Counted from the stretch's first letter, positions 1 through 9,578 are shown. The stretch: 21,562 nt of DNA from Octopus sinensis (GCF_006345805.1 NW_021823706.1:1-21562); one strand, 5' to 3'. Made by a program: numbers and translations. Notes: a model not told the origin generated them from the letters alone.

Positions 1-27
1 ATCTAAATTAATTTTTATATGAACATT

Positions 28-65
28 CAGTACCGTTTTCGGTCATTTTGAGACCTTTTCAACTG
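28..65 (-). ncRNA. Type I hammerhead ribozyme motif, U3:A8 variant (mirror copy, one stem III mismatch)
   Basis: Minus strand: CAG-TTGAAAA-GGTC-tcaaaat-GACC-GAAA-ACG-GTA-CTG. Confidence 0.55.
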
Positions 66-286
66 TACGATTAAATAATTAAATTTAGAAAAAATTAGAA
101 GAAAAGTTTTTTTAAAGGAGATATTTCTATAGTAGTGTTCAGATATAAGTGGCATCATTCTGCCTTTCTTGACTCCCTGTTTGCACTTGACTGCCACTTA
201 TATCTGAACACTACTATAATTCCTTTAAAAAATTTTCTTCTAAAAATTTCTTTAATTTTCTCTATTTTAATTTAATTATATCGTTA

Positions 287-324
287 CAGTTGAAAAGGTC
301 TCAATATGACCGAAACCGGTACTG
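287..324 (+). ncRNA. Minimal type I hammerhead ribozyme, U3:A8 core variant
   Basis: Stem I CAG(287-289)/CTG(322-324); core TTGAAAA(290-296); stem II GGTC/GACC; GAAA(312-315); palindromic stem III ACCGGT; GUA cleavage triplet ending at 321. Confidence 0.7.
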
Positions 325-371
325 AAATGTTCACTATAAATTATTTTAGCATTTTCTATTTTGACTTATTT

Positions 372-385
<14 letters not shown>

Positions 386-409
<24 letters not shown>

Positions 410-440
410 TATATACATGTGTGTGTGTGTGTGTGTGTGG
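386..440. repeat. (TA)n + (GT)n microsatellite
   Basis: Direct sequence. Confidence 0.95.
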
Positions 441-454
441 TGGTAGAAGGTTGA

Positions 455-660
455 AAAAAACACGCGAGTTGTCATGTATAAGGAAAATATGACAAGGTAT
501 AAAATGCTAAAATAATTTCAATCATGAACATTTTAGTACCGTTTCAGGCTTTGCGACTTTTCAACTTAGAGTAAAGCATGAAAACAATTAAATTGTGGAA
601 AATTAAATGTAATGTTTTTTTTTAAATATTTCTATACTTTTCAAATGTAAGGAACATTTT
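455..660 (-). mobile_element. Diverged copy of the same PLE-like terminus as 192-385, with a decayed HHR at 534-566
   Basis: AAAATGCTAAAATAATTT...TGAACATTTTAGTACCGTTTC...CTTTTCAACT matches the reverse complement of 285-355; stem II of the HHR is damaged. Confidence 0.55.
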
Positions 661-687
661 CTTTTTTCCTGTCTGTCTCTATCTCCA

Positions 688-725
688 GACACACACACAC
701 CCAAACACACACACACACACACACA

Positions 726-770
<45 letters not shown>

Positions 771-800
771 ATATATATATATATATTATAGATATATACA
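688..800. repeat. (CA)n + (TA)n microsatellite
   Basis: Direct sequence. Confidence 0.95.
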
Positions 801-935
801 TACTTCTAATATAGGATAAGATGTTTTCCAAAAAAATCCGTCAACGTGACCAGCTTATTAATACCTTTAAAGGTGAAATTATAAACAATGGCAAAAGAAA
901 AAGATTTCTATGCCAATATGCTGAGAATAGACTTT

Positions 936-991
936 AATCCTATAGCAAGCTTCAGTACACGTGTGACTGTCACGAGGCTTGCTATAGGATT
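936..991. other. Hairpin: 15-bp perfect stem (18 bp including one G-U) with nested palindromes in the loop
   Basis: AATCCTATAGCAAGC(936-950)/GCTTGCTATAGGATT(977-991); loop holds ACACGTGT and GTGAC-T-GTCAC. Confidence 0.9.
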
Positions 992-1090
992 TTACATTTA
1001 GATATAACTGGGGTACTTATGTGTACACATGACTCTTGCTTCTGCTTTTTTTTTTCATGGGTGCTTGTAAGTATTTCATTTATTTCTTAT

Positions 1091-1159
1091 CGTATTCTCT
1101 ACTGAAGAGGGAAAATTCCGTGGGATTAATCCCGAAATTGATTCAATATAGAGATAACG
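1091..1159 (+). ncRNA. Complete type I hammerhead ribozyme
   Basis: Stem I CTCTA(1097-1101)/TAGAG(1149-1153), extendable with bulges to 1091/1159; core CTGAAGA(1102-1108); stem II GGGA/TCCC; GAAA(1134-1137); stem III ATTGA/TCAAT; AUA cleavage after 1148. Confidence 0.8.
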
Positions 1160-1313
1160 GATTTTTTAAAAGATTCTGTTCGCTTGCCTTCCTCGATTTC
1201 AGCACGACGTGTATTCATGGTGAATGTATATTGTAATGTGGTGATTGACGATTTAAAGTCTCTTCTCAGCGTATTGGCATAGAAATCTTTTTCTTTTGCC
1301 CTTGTTTATAATT

Positions 1314-1527
1314 GTGTGACCGCGTGTGCATCGTTGGCGATTTTCTTTCTGCGTCTTCCCTTCCTTGGACTTTTCCTTTTTCTGTTTCTGACGAGGAGCT
1401 CCGCTCGAAACGTTAAATCCTCCTTTCTTTCCTTTCCTGAGCGTCCAATAACACTATACTTGTTCCACGTCCTCGCGTTGTTGTGTTTTTTCTTTGTTCA
1501 TGTTTGGATTAACTATATATATATATG
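1314..1527 (+). mobile_element. Penelope-like element terminal (pLTR) fragment, family shared with 6490-6685 and 14938-15127
   Basis: Three homologous copies in the window (CTGAGCGTC..AATA..ACT..TTG..CCACGTCCTCG.GTT) carry the same HHR motif. This copy ends in (TA)n. The PLE assignment follows from the known association of minimal HHRs with PLE termini. Confidence 0.65.
1384..1418 (+). ncRNA. Minimal type I hammerhead ribozyme motif
   Basis: GTTT-CTGACGA-G-GAGC-tcc-GCTC-GAAAC-GTT-AAAT; extra residue after A9; palindromic ACGT stem III. Confidence 0.62.
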
Positions 1528-1649
1528 ACTGGAATGTCAAGGCTAGATTGCCTTTGATTATATAGTTCAATCCTTGCTGACCTGGGGTTAAATAACAAAA
1601 ATGCTAACTGCGACCCAGCTATTACGACTAAAATAACAATTATTACTAT

Positions 1650-1843
1650 AACACAAGGTCTGAAATTTTGGGGGAAAGGGCTTCTCGTTTACATCGATTC
1701 TAGTACTCAACTGGTATTTATTTTACCGAACCCCGAAAGCATGAAAGGCAAAGTCAGTCTCGGAGGCATTTGAACTCAGAATCGGAAGAACTGCCGCTAA
1801 ACATTTCGTGTAACGTGCTAACGACTCTACCAGCTCGCCACCT
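1650..1843 (-). mobile_element. tRNA-derived SINE family A, diverged
   Basis: Homologous to 19928-20157 (CCCCGAAAG.ATGAAAGGCAAAGTC...GAACTCAGAA...CCAGCTCGCC.CCT) but with a different tail. Confidence 0.75.
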
Positions 1844-1909
1844 ATAAATTATATAAAGACACGACGAATACAGATACAGCTACAACAACAGCAGCAACAA
1901 CACTGGGAA

Positions 1910-2600
1910 AAACATCATCATCGATACGAAAGAAGTCAAACGTTGCCAAAAGATGTAAGTGAGATCTATGGAAGCCAGATGTAACCAAGAAGTGAAAATA
2001 ACATCTGGAGAACTCAAACATGGTCAAGGTGTATAATTAAGATTTGGAAAAGTTTAACATAACCAATGGATGTAAGTAGCATCTGGAGAAGTTAGAAGCA
2101 GACAACAGCCGTTAACATCTGTTGAAGTCAAAATAGCCCTCAGCTTTAAATAACATCTGCAGACGCTAAGAATAATCAATAGATAGATGTCAATAGATCT
2201 GAAAAGGTCAACTGTATTCAAGATGTGAGAAAAGACAAAATGGAAGAGACAAAAGCAAATTTGGAGAAGACAGATACAGTCCGGAGGTCCGAATATTTTG
2301 TAGATTAGTGAAATAAAGCCAAGCGGTGTAGATTACATCCGGATTAAATAAAGCTGAAAGTTGTAAATTACACTGGATTAGATAAAGCCAATAGCTGCAG
2401 ATTAAATCTGGATTACTGAAATTAAGTCGAGATCTGTATGTTAAAACCGGATTAAATAAAACCAAGAACCATTGATTAAATCTGGATAAATGGCATTAAG
2501 CCAAGAGCTGTAAATTCCATCTGGATTAGTGAAATAAAACCAAGAATTGTAAATTATATCTATTGAAGTGAAACAAGCTGAAATTAAAAGTAAACACATT
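1910..2600 (-). repeat. Degenerate ~39-nt tandem repeat (roughly 17 units), reading as a 13-aa repeat on the minus strand
   Basis: Clear units start at 2263, 2302, 2341, 2375, 2410, 2449, 2484, 2523, 2562 (lengths 39,39,34,35,39,35,39,39). Minus-strand translation repeats xPDxxYxxWLxLT. Confidence 0.7.
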
Positions 2601-3290
2601 ATTTTTGCTTTTCCCACCGCATCGGGAAAAATTATATAAGCCAAACAGCAACATAATTAAAACAATATGGCCGCTAAAACTAACATCCACATTTCAAACC
2701 GGAAGTATACATGATAGAGATATGATGTGAAGCGCTTCCATATTGCAGTAATATCCTTTTAACATTTCCACTTCGTCTTCCATTTTCCTTTTTGTTTTTT
2801 GTTGTTTTTTGTCCCCACCCCACATCCTCCAATTTACCGTCTGTTCATCAAATTTTTACTTTTTTATTTGAGTATTTTATAATTTTTTGTTCGTTTTACC
2901 CCTTTTTCATTCTTTTTATTTATTACTTTCTTCTTGGACACTCTTTCCACGCTGTATTCTTCTTCCTGTAATCTATCGTTTATTTTTTCATTCTTGGTGT
3001 TATTATTTTTGTTGTTGCTTCTGTTGTTCTAATTGTTGTTGTTGTTCTTCACCTTGTTCCAGATGCCCTCAAATAAAAGGCAATCCACATATGACCATCT
3101 CGTCTGTTTTTATGTTAGAATGCACCATTGAATATGTCTCTCTTCCTTTTTGTTATTTTTTTTATTCGTAGATGATGATTGGTGGTAGGGGAGAATAGGG
3201 GCGATAGAAATGGTGGTGGAGGTGTTATGGAAGCGTTGGTAATGGTGTAGATGGTACGTATCGCACACACAAACATGTATATATATAAGT

Positions 3291-3623
3291 GAAGGTGCAT
3301 GGCTCAGTGGTTAGAGCATAGAGCTTACGATCGTGAGGTTGTGAGTTCGATTCCCGGACCGGGCTGCGTGTTGTGTGCTTGAGCAAGACACTTTATTTCA
3401 CCTTGCTCCAGTCAACTCAGCTGTAGAAATGAGTTGCGACATCACTGGTACCAAACTGTATCGGCCTTTGCCTTTCCCTTGGATAACATCAGTGGTGTGG
3501 AGAGGAGAGGCTGGTATGTATGGGCGACTGCTAGCCTTCCACAATCTTGCCCTGAGTTGTGCCTAGGAGGGTAACTTTCTCGGTGCAATCCCATGGTCAT
3601 TCATGACCGAAGGGGGTCTCCTC

Positions 3624-3626
<3 letters not shown>
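3291..3626 (+). mobile_element. tRNA-derived CORE-type SINE family B (octopus OR-like), full length
   Basis: A box TGGCTCAGTGGTTAGAGC, B box GAGTTCGATTCC, CORE-like TGTGTGCTTGAGCAAGACACTT...CTCAGCTGTAGAAATGAG, stem-loop tail; further copies in the window. Confidence 0.88.
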
Positions 3627-3655
<29 letters not shown>

Positions 3656-3760
3656 CGTACATGTTATATATGTTCGCATTTGTGTATACACGCATACATA
3701 TGTACACATATATATGTATGCATGTATGTATGTGCAATCACGTATGCACACACGCACGAT
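3627..3760. repeat. (TA)n and degenerate TA/TG low-complexity tract
   Basis: Direct sequence. Confidence 0.9.
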
Positions 3761-3884
3761 AGGTTTTCAGAAAAGTAACGCAGAAGGCAGCATAACTTTT
3801 ATTAACTAAAATAGGTTGTTCAAATTACTTATGTTGGTAGAGTAACACTTTTTCTAAAGTGACTCTGCTGTCTGTTCTTCATTA

Positions 3885-4315
3885 GGGACAAATATTGGGT
3901 TCCAAGCAGAAGTATTGTGCCGTCATTGAGTTCTCGATGAAAGAGATAAGCAAACTGTCTGACATTCACAGAGGGTTACAGGTTGTTTATGAAGACAGAC
4001 ACCATTGACAAGAGGAATGTGCACAAATGAAGTATTTTAAAATAGGGGGGGAAAAACTCCAGTATCAATGAAAAACCTCACGTTGTGGGAGACGACCAAT
4101 TGCGACCATCGACGCGAATTCTCAGCGAGTGGGTGAACTGATTTCTGCAGACAAATGAGTCACAATCCATAAGCTTGCTCTGTAACTGATCTGTGGTCAC
4201 TATTTATCAAAGGAAAGAGCGGCAGACTTTATGTATCGGTAATCCTGTACAAAGTGGGTTCTTCGGTTGTTCAGTTTGAATCATAGGAAGAAGTCGTGCA
4301 ATGTAGTCCTACGTA
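3885..4315 (+). pseudogene. Decayed mariner transposase, N-terminal DNA-binding region
   Basis: Across frameshifts reads QKYCAVIEF..SDIHRGLQVVYE..DTIDKRNV..GRPIAT...QRVGELISAD..VTIHKLA...YR*SCTKWVLRLFS, matching mariner RAVIEF / GRP / RKVCARWVP motifs. Confidence 0.72.
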
Positions 4316-4405
4316 GACAAAACGAGATGGCTTCGGTTGAATGTTCTTTGGTCATATATCTAATCGTAGTCAATCAGGCCTGGGACGAAAAGACAGCAGC
4401 CACGT

Positions 4406-4589
4406 GGAGGCGCAATGGCCCAGTGATTAGGGCAGTGGACCGGCGGTCGTAAGAACGCGGTTTCAATTCCCAGACCGAGCATTGTGTTTATTGAGCAAAA
4501 ACACCTAAGCTCCACGTGGCTCCAGCGGGGGTGGGTGGGTGAACCCCGCTGTACTCTTTCACCACAACTTTCTCTCACTCTTTCTTCCT
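4406..4589 (+). mobile_element. tRNA-derived SINE family C, 3'-truncated
   Basis: GGAGGCGCAATGGCCCAGTG.TTAGGGCAG...GGTTTCAATTCCCAGACC; homologous to the full copy at 20744-21131. Confidence 0.82.
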
Positions 4590-4681
4590 ACTTCTGCCAA
4601 AAACCAGAGGAACCATAGTGTAACCCACTATGGTGTGATAAACTTTCAGATCCTAATCTAGATTGCGAATCCTCTGTACCC

Positions 4682-4909
4682 TATTTCTTTACTACCCACA
4701 AGGGGCTAAACACAGAGAGGACAGACAAACGGATTAAGTCGATTACCTCGACCCCAGTGCGTAACTGGTACTTAATTTATCGACCCCGAAAGGATGAAAG
4801 GCAAAGTGGACCTCGGCGGAATTTGAACTCAGAACGTAACGGCAGACGAAATATGGCTACGCATTTCGCCCGGCCTGCTAACGTTTCTGCCAGCTCACCG
4901 CCTAAAATA
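4682..4909 (-). mobile_element. SINE family A, full length, 10-bp target-site duplication CTCTGTACCC
   Basis: Near-identical to 19928-20157 apart from a short tail deletion; CTCTGTACCC at 4672-4681 and 4910-4919. Confidence 0.9.
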
Positions 4910-5186
4910 CTCTGTACCCAAGGATGGTTCAGCTCTCCATCCGTTAAAAAGCCACCGTTTACGGGATGAGGATAACAATGTAGTTTTCTCGCCCGTGCAA
5001 CCGCCAATCTATCGCGTGTGGTGGGTGGATGTTCACGTTGCCACACTCATTCTTAGTAGCTTAGAGTAGGCTCGAATTAGAGATTATTCTTTGTGGCTAA
5101 TGGCGTGAGTCCTGATTGGAAGAAGAACAACAACAACAACAGCTACTGACTGTACTGAACTCATCTAAAATGGTGTCTATTTTTAA

Positions 5187-5335
5187 AGGCGGCAAGCTGG
5201 CAAAATCTTGAGCGCGCTGCAAAAAAATGTTAACAGCACTTCGATAAAACAAACACTAGTTGAACACCTGTGTTGATCAAATCAACTTACCCCATCCATC
5301 GAAATTGCTAGCCTTGTGCCAAAATTTGAAACTGC
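5187..5335 (+). mobile_element. SINE family A, degraded with internal deletion
   Basis: AGGCGGCAAGCTGGCAAAATC head; tail GAAATTGCTAGCCTTGTGCCAAAATTTGAAA matches the 11170-11380 copy. Confidence 0.6.
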
Positions 5336-5344
5336 TATTATAAT

Positions 5345-6160
5345 AATGATTATTATTTAAGACGTTGCATAGTATCCAATATCGTGACATTGATTGAAAA
5401 AAATTGTGTCTACCGTTGGTTTGTACTGTCTGTCAAGTCACAACAACAGTACTTTACGTAATATGTATGCTTGTTTCAAGTAATGCCGACTTTTGCAATA
5501 CGCTTAGATTGTAGGGTACTTCTAAAGTTTCCAGATGTTTCTTCAGATTGGATGGTATTGAACCCAATGCTCCGATGGCAATAGAGACAACCTTTAATAT
5601 TTGACTCTCGTAGCTGCCATATCTTGGCGATCTCAATTCTCAGGTCTCCATATTTATCGATCTTTTCTCTTTCTTTCATGATAATATGTTGATCTCCTGG
5701 CACTGCCACGTCGATTATTAGGTACTCTTGTTTGTCCCTCTTAAAAGTTACTATGTCCGGCTTTTGGTGCTCTAACACCTTGTCTGTCTGAAAGTCAAAA
5801 TCCCAGAGGGTTTTTGCCTTCCCCTTTTCGTCCATTATCTTTTCTGGTGTATGTTGATACGAAACACGCATTACCACCCATCCATACTTTCGGCATAGAA
5901 GCCATTGAAGGTTCTGCGTTACCTTGTGTCTGCGCTTCTACCTCTTTCTGCACAAGACTTTCACAAGCACTAACAATGTGAGCCCTCTTTCCACACATTC
6001 TGCAGAGGTTCGTTGCACTTGTGTGGTATCTATCTCATTTCACTACGTTGGTATTCAATGCCTGATCCTGGGCAGCGATAATTAGGCTTTTAGTTTTCTT
6101 TTTTAGGTCACCCTTGTTGCTGAGCCACCCCCATGATGCTTCCTGATCTTTTAAGTTGTT
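5345..6160 (-). mobile_element. 5'-truncated R4/Dong-clade non-LTR retrotransposon (zinc knuckle + restriction-like endonuclease), pseudogenised
   Basis: SWGWL..GDLKKKTKSLIIAAQDQALNTN; CRMC..HIVSAC; KTLWDFDFQTDKVLEHQKPDIV..IIDVAVPGD..KEREKIDKYGDL; IAIGALG; frameshifted; (TAA)-rich tail near 5345. Confidence 0.87.
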
Positions 6161-6489
6161 ATATATATATATATATTGGGTACAGGACGTCACCAACTGT
6201 GCAAATAACATGAAACGCGTAAACAAACGAGGAAAAAAACGAGTGAAATACGTAAACAACGAAAAAAAATTGGAAGACTGGGCAACTAAACACAGAGAAA
6301 GGACCCTTCATCAGTTGTCGGCTGTCTATCTACTGCTCATTTCGAGCATTCAATGACAATATGAGTCTTCAAAAACAGTTGCTCCCTTAAATTCTAAAAT
6401 AAAATTTAGGATTTTTGAGAACAAAAAAAAAATGACAGTAGAGACATACAAGGAAACTGAACACATTCCCAAACGTAACTACATGTGGA

Positions 6490-6685
6490 TTGTGAGCGAT
6501 TTTTTCCTCCGTCTTCCTTTTCTCTTGGACTTCCCTCTGCCTCCTGTTTCTGAAGAAGAGCTATGCTCGAAACGTAAAACACCCGTTCTTTCCTTCCCTG
6601 AGCGTCTTATTAATACTTTGCATGTGCCACGTCCTCGTGTTTTTTTTGTTGTCTTTTTTGTTTTCGTTTTTTTTTTATTAACTTT
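6490..6685 (+). mobile_element. PLE terminal fragment (same family as 1314-1527)
   Basis: Homology to 1330-1500 and 14950-15110. Confidence 0.65.
6545..6581 (+). ncRNA. Minimal type I hammerhead ribozyme, best-preserved copy of this family
   Basis: Stem I TGTTT(6545-6549)/AAACA(6577-6581); CTGAAGA(6550-6556); extra A; GAGC-tat-GCTC; GAAAC; GUA cleavage after 6576. Confidence 0.75.
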
Positions 6686-6967
6686 TTATCGCACGCTCAC
6701 ACGGACCCCCCGTCCTTCCGACTGGCTTTGGAGCACCTAGTTCTACCATTTCGAGTGACTCCTTTGATTGATTAATGAAAACTTTACATCTGAAAGAACC
6801 CGTTCTCGTCAGATGACCGCATAGAATTCAAATATAAAGGATACCACCACTGCTTTAACATATTCACTTCAATAATGGAACTCAAAATATTTACATTGTT
6901 TCTGTTGTTATATCTCTAACAGAAGTGCCTCAATTTAAGTACAACAGAATCCTATTATAATTATTGA

Positions 6968-6969
<2 letters not shown>

Positions 6970-7044
<75 letters not shown>

Positions 7045-7122
7045 GTATATATATGTATGTATGTATATATTTATATACATTTATTTATTTACTTATATAT
7101 TATATTATTATATATATAATAT
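6970..7122. repeat. (TA)n microsatellite and low-complexity tract
   Basis: Direct sequence. Confidence 0.95.
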
Positions 7123-7125
7123 GTA

Positions 7126-7463
7126 GGAGGAGGAGGAGACCCCCTTTGGTCATGAATGACCATGGGATTGCACCTAGAAAGTTACCCTCCCAGGTACAAG
7201 TCAGGGCAAGATTGTGGAAGGCTAGCAGTCGCCCATGCATACCAACCTCTCCTCTCCACACCATTGATGTTATCCAAGGGAAAGGCAAAGGCCGTTATAG
7301 CTTGGAACCTGTGACGTCGCAACTCATTTCTACAGCTGAGTTAACTGGAGCAAGGTGAAATAAAATGTCTTGCTCAAGAACAACACACAGACCGGTCCGG
7401 GAATCGAACTCACAACCTCACGATCGTAAGCTCTACGCTCTAACCAATAACCATGCTCTTCAC
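7126..7463 (-). mobile_element. SINE family B, full length
   Basis: Reverse complement closely matches 3291-3626, including the GGTCTCCTCCTC tail. Confidence 0.9.
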
Positions 7464-7469
7464 ACATAT

Positions 7470-7478
7470 GTATATTTG

Positions 7479-7531
<53 letters not shown>

Positions 7532-7540
7532 ATATATATA

Positions 7541-7608
<68 letters not shown>

Positions 7609-8035
7609 CTCAGAGTTTTATCTTGACTATTGAGTAATTGTAACATATTATTTTATAGATAAATTTTCCTCTATTTACATATATTGAGGTCTCTTCTCTT
7701 TCTTTGTTATCTTACGTGTTTTTACCAACATATATATAGATAATATATATATATATATATACAACATATATAAAATTTTAAATTGGCTAGTTTGCAATTT
7801 AATATATATATATCTATATATTTCATATATATTCAAATATATACATACACAAGCATGTATATACATAAATATATGCATCGCTCACTCTCTATTTATTTAA
7901 TCATACATACATACATACATACATACATCATACATACATACATCATACTGCATCATGCATACATACATACTACATACATACATACATACATACATACACA
8001 TACATACATACATACATACATACATACATCATACA
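7470..8035. repeat. Compound (TA)n / (CATA)n microsatellite region with short unique inserts
   Basis: Direct sequence. Confidence 0.85.
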
Positions 8036-8329
8036 TTGTCCTACTATATACACTGTAACAAAGACATTATGTGTATCACAAAACTGCAAACGGGACAAAC
8101 CATTACTCCGAAGGCCTCCTTTATTGATCTTCATATTATTCCCTAGCAACACATATTATTCCTTAGCAACGAAACAACACAGCTTTGTCTTCCATTTCCT
8201 CATAGAATCACATTTCTCCTATATTCTTCCTTACAATCCTCGAAGAAGCAATTGGGTCTTTTATGAATCGATAGACGCTATTTCCAGATTTCTGCTGCGA
8301 CGATTTTTAAAAATCCATCTTGGAGAACC

Positions 8330-8347
8330 TGTGTGTGTGTGTGTGTT

Positions 8348-8399
<52 letters not shown>

Positions 8400-8430
8400 G
8401 TGTGTGCTGTGTGTGTGTATTGTATGTGTG
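8330..8430. repeat. (GT)n microsatellite
   Basis: Direct sequence. Confidence 0.95.
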
Positions 8431-8540
8431 TGCTGCAGTAATAGGACCTGAATATACCTCTACACGTCATTGAACATCCTTTTCGAAGTCGTACTAACGC
8501 GCGCGAGCAGACACATACACGCACGCACACACGCACTCAG

Positions 8541-8660
8541 ATAAATACACTCACACGTATAACTATATATATAAATACACTCACACGTATAACTATCTAT
8601 ATAAATACACTCACACGTATAACTATATATATAAATACACTCACACGTATAACTATATAT
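8541..8660. repeat. 30-bp minisatellite, 4 copies
   Basis: ATAAATACACTCACACGTATAACTATATAT x4 with a single substitution at 8597. Confidence 0.95.
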
Positions 8661-8681
8661 ATATATATATGGGTCTATATA

Positions 8682-8768
8682 CGTTGTGTCCTTGAGCAAG
8701 ACACTTTATTTCACGTTGCTCCAGTTAACTCAGCTGTAGAAATGAGTTGCAACGTCACAGGTTCCAAG

Positions 8769-8772
<4 letters not shown>
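8682..8772 (+). mobile_element. SINE family B internal (CORE) fragment
   Basis: TGTGTCCTTGAGCAAGACACTTTATTTCAC...GGTTCCAAGCTATA, ending in (TA)n. Confidence 0.85.
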
Positions 8773-8805
<33 letters not shown>

Positions 8806-9236
8806 GTGTGGTGTGTGTTTGGTGGTGTTGTGTGTGTCTACCAACGATAAGGCGATGATGATGATATTGATAATGATGTGTTCTATTATTGGCCACTTGG
8901 AAACTTGTCATGGTATAGGCATACGATAAACAGTCGATAAACAGACCTGGGACTCTTGTCGAAGACACTTTTGTTGTCACCCATTTAACCCGGAGCCATG
9001 TGGCTGGGAATTCTCTTTTTCTCATCTATTATATTCTTGTCTGTTTATCGGTTGTTTATTGTGTACACCTACCATGGCAAGTTTTCCACCCATTTCTCTA
9101 TGGAATATTTCGTCTTTTAAGCGATGTGCGCCTCTGTGTTTTTTTTCAATTCTATTTTCATATATCGTTTGCTATGTTTTCATTTCGTTTTTGGATTTGG
9201 TTTGCAAGATTCTTTATGTGAGTTTGTGTGTCAAGA

Positions 9237-9276
9237 CTTACTGAAAAGGTTTGCAAGACGCAACGAAAATTTTAGG
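9237..9276 (+). ncRNA. Degenerate minimal hammerhead-like motif (C3/A8 mismatch, likely inactive)
   Basis: CTTA-CTGAAAA-G-GTTTGC-aagac-GCAAC-GAAA-ATTT-TAGG; stems I and II can pair but the core C3:G8 pair is broken. Confidence 0.35.
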
Positions 9277-9489
9277 AAAATAAAAATAAGGAATAAGTGG
9301 AAATTTTACCCTGTGAGTGTGTTACATTATGAGGTGCAAAAAGAAAATGAGTCTCCCCAGACACAACAGAATATGTTTTTATTGTTGTTAACTTTCTTTT
9401 GATCGAGGTTATCCGCCATATTTTTAGTTGTATGCTGTCTTTTGAAATTGTCCTCAAAGATTTGGATTCTTGTGGCCAATAATAGAACT

Positions 9490-9572
9490 CATCATCATTA
9501 ACATCATCATCATCATCATCATCGCCATCATCATTATCATCATCATCATAGTTGTTGTTGTTGCTGTTGTCA
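9490..9572. repeat. (ATC)n/(GTT)n microsatellite
   Basis: Direct sequence. Confidence 0.9.
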
Positions 9573-9578
9573 TTAATA

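Larger units (their letters stand above)
1..352. repeat. Long imperfect inverted repeat (arms 1-154 and 192-352, 37-nt spacer), probably inverted Penelope-like element termini
   Basis: TATAGTAGTGTTCAGATATAAGTGGCA (128-154) is the reverse complement of TGCCACTTATATCTGAACACTACTATA (192-218). Homology continues outward to the window edge with indels. Each arm carries an HHR motif and the right arm runs into (TA)n. Confidence 0.85.
877..1313. mobile_element. 437-bp element bounded by 61-bp inverted repeats, enclosing a long hairpin and a hammerhead ribozyme (PLE-derived or retrozyme-like)
   Basis: 877-937 and 1253-1313 are reverse complements with 3 mismatches by eye (AATTATAAACAATGGCAAAAGAAAAAGATTTCTATGCCAATATGCTGAGAATAGACTTTAA). 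Confidence 0.7.

Noticed and set aside
3291-3370. tRNA genes at SINE heads (also 4406, 14733, 20490-20560, 21050-21128)
   Set aside because: Anticodon and acceptor stems do not pair properly, and each head continues into a shared SINE body
6270-6320. CTGATGA-AGGG...CCC on the minus strand as a hammerhead in a PLE-like end
   Set aside because: GAAA is missing; possibly a decayed HHR but not supportable
6787-6816. CTGACGA + short stem on the minus strand as a hammerhead
   Set aside because: No GAAA follows; it is a simple hairpin CATCTGA...TCAGATG
8235-8328. Minus-strand exon between a CAG acceptor and a GTAAGG donor
   Set aside because: Stop codons in all three frames
8541-8660. CRISPR-like array or YIYSYTCECI repeat protein
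   Set aside because: Head-to-tail repeats with no spacers, in eukaryotic context; the ORF is a by-product of the repeat
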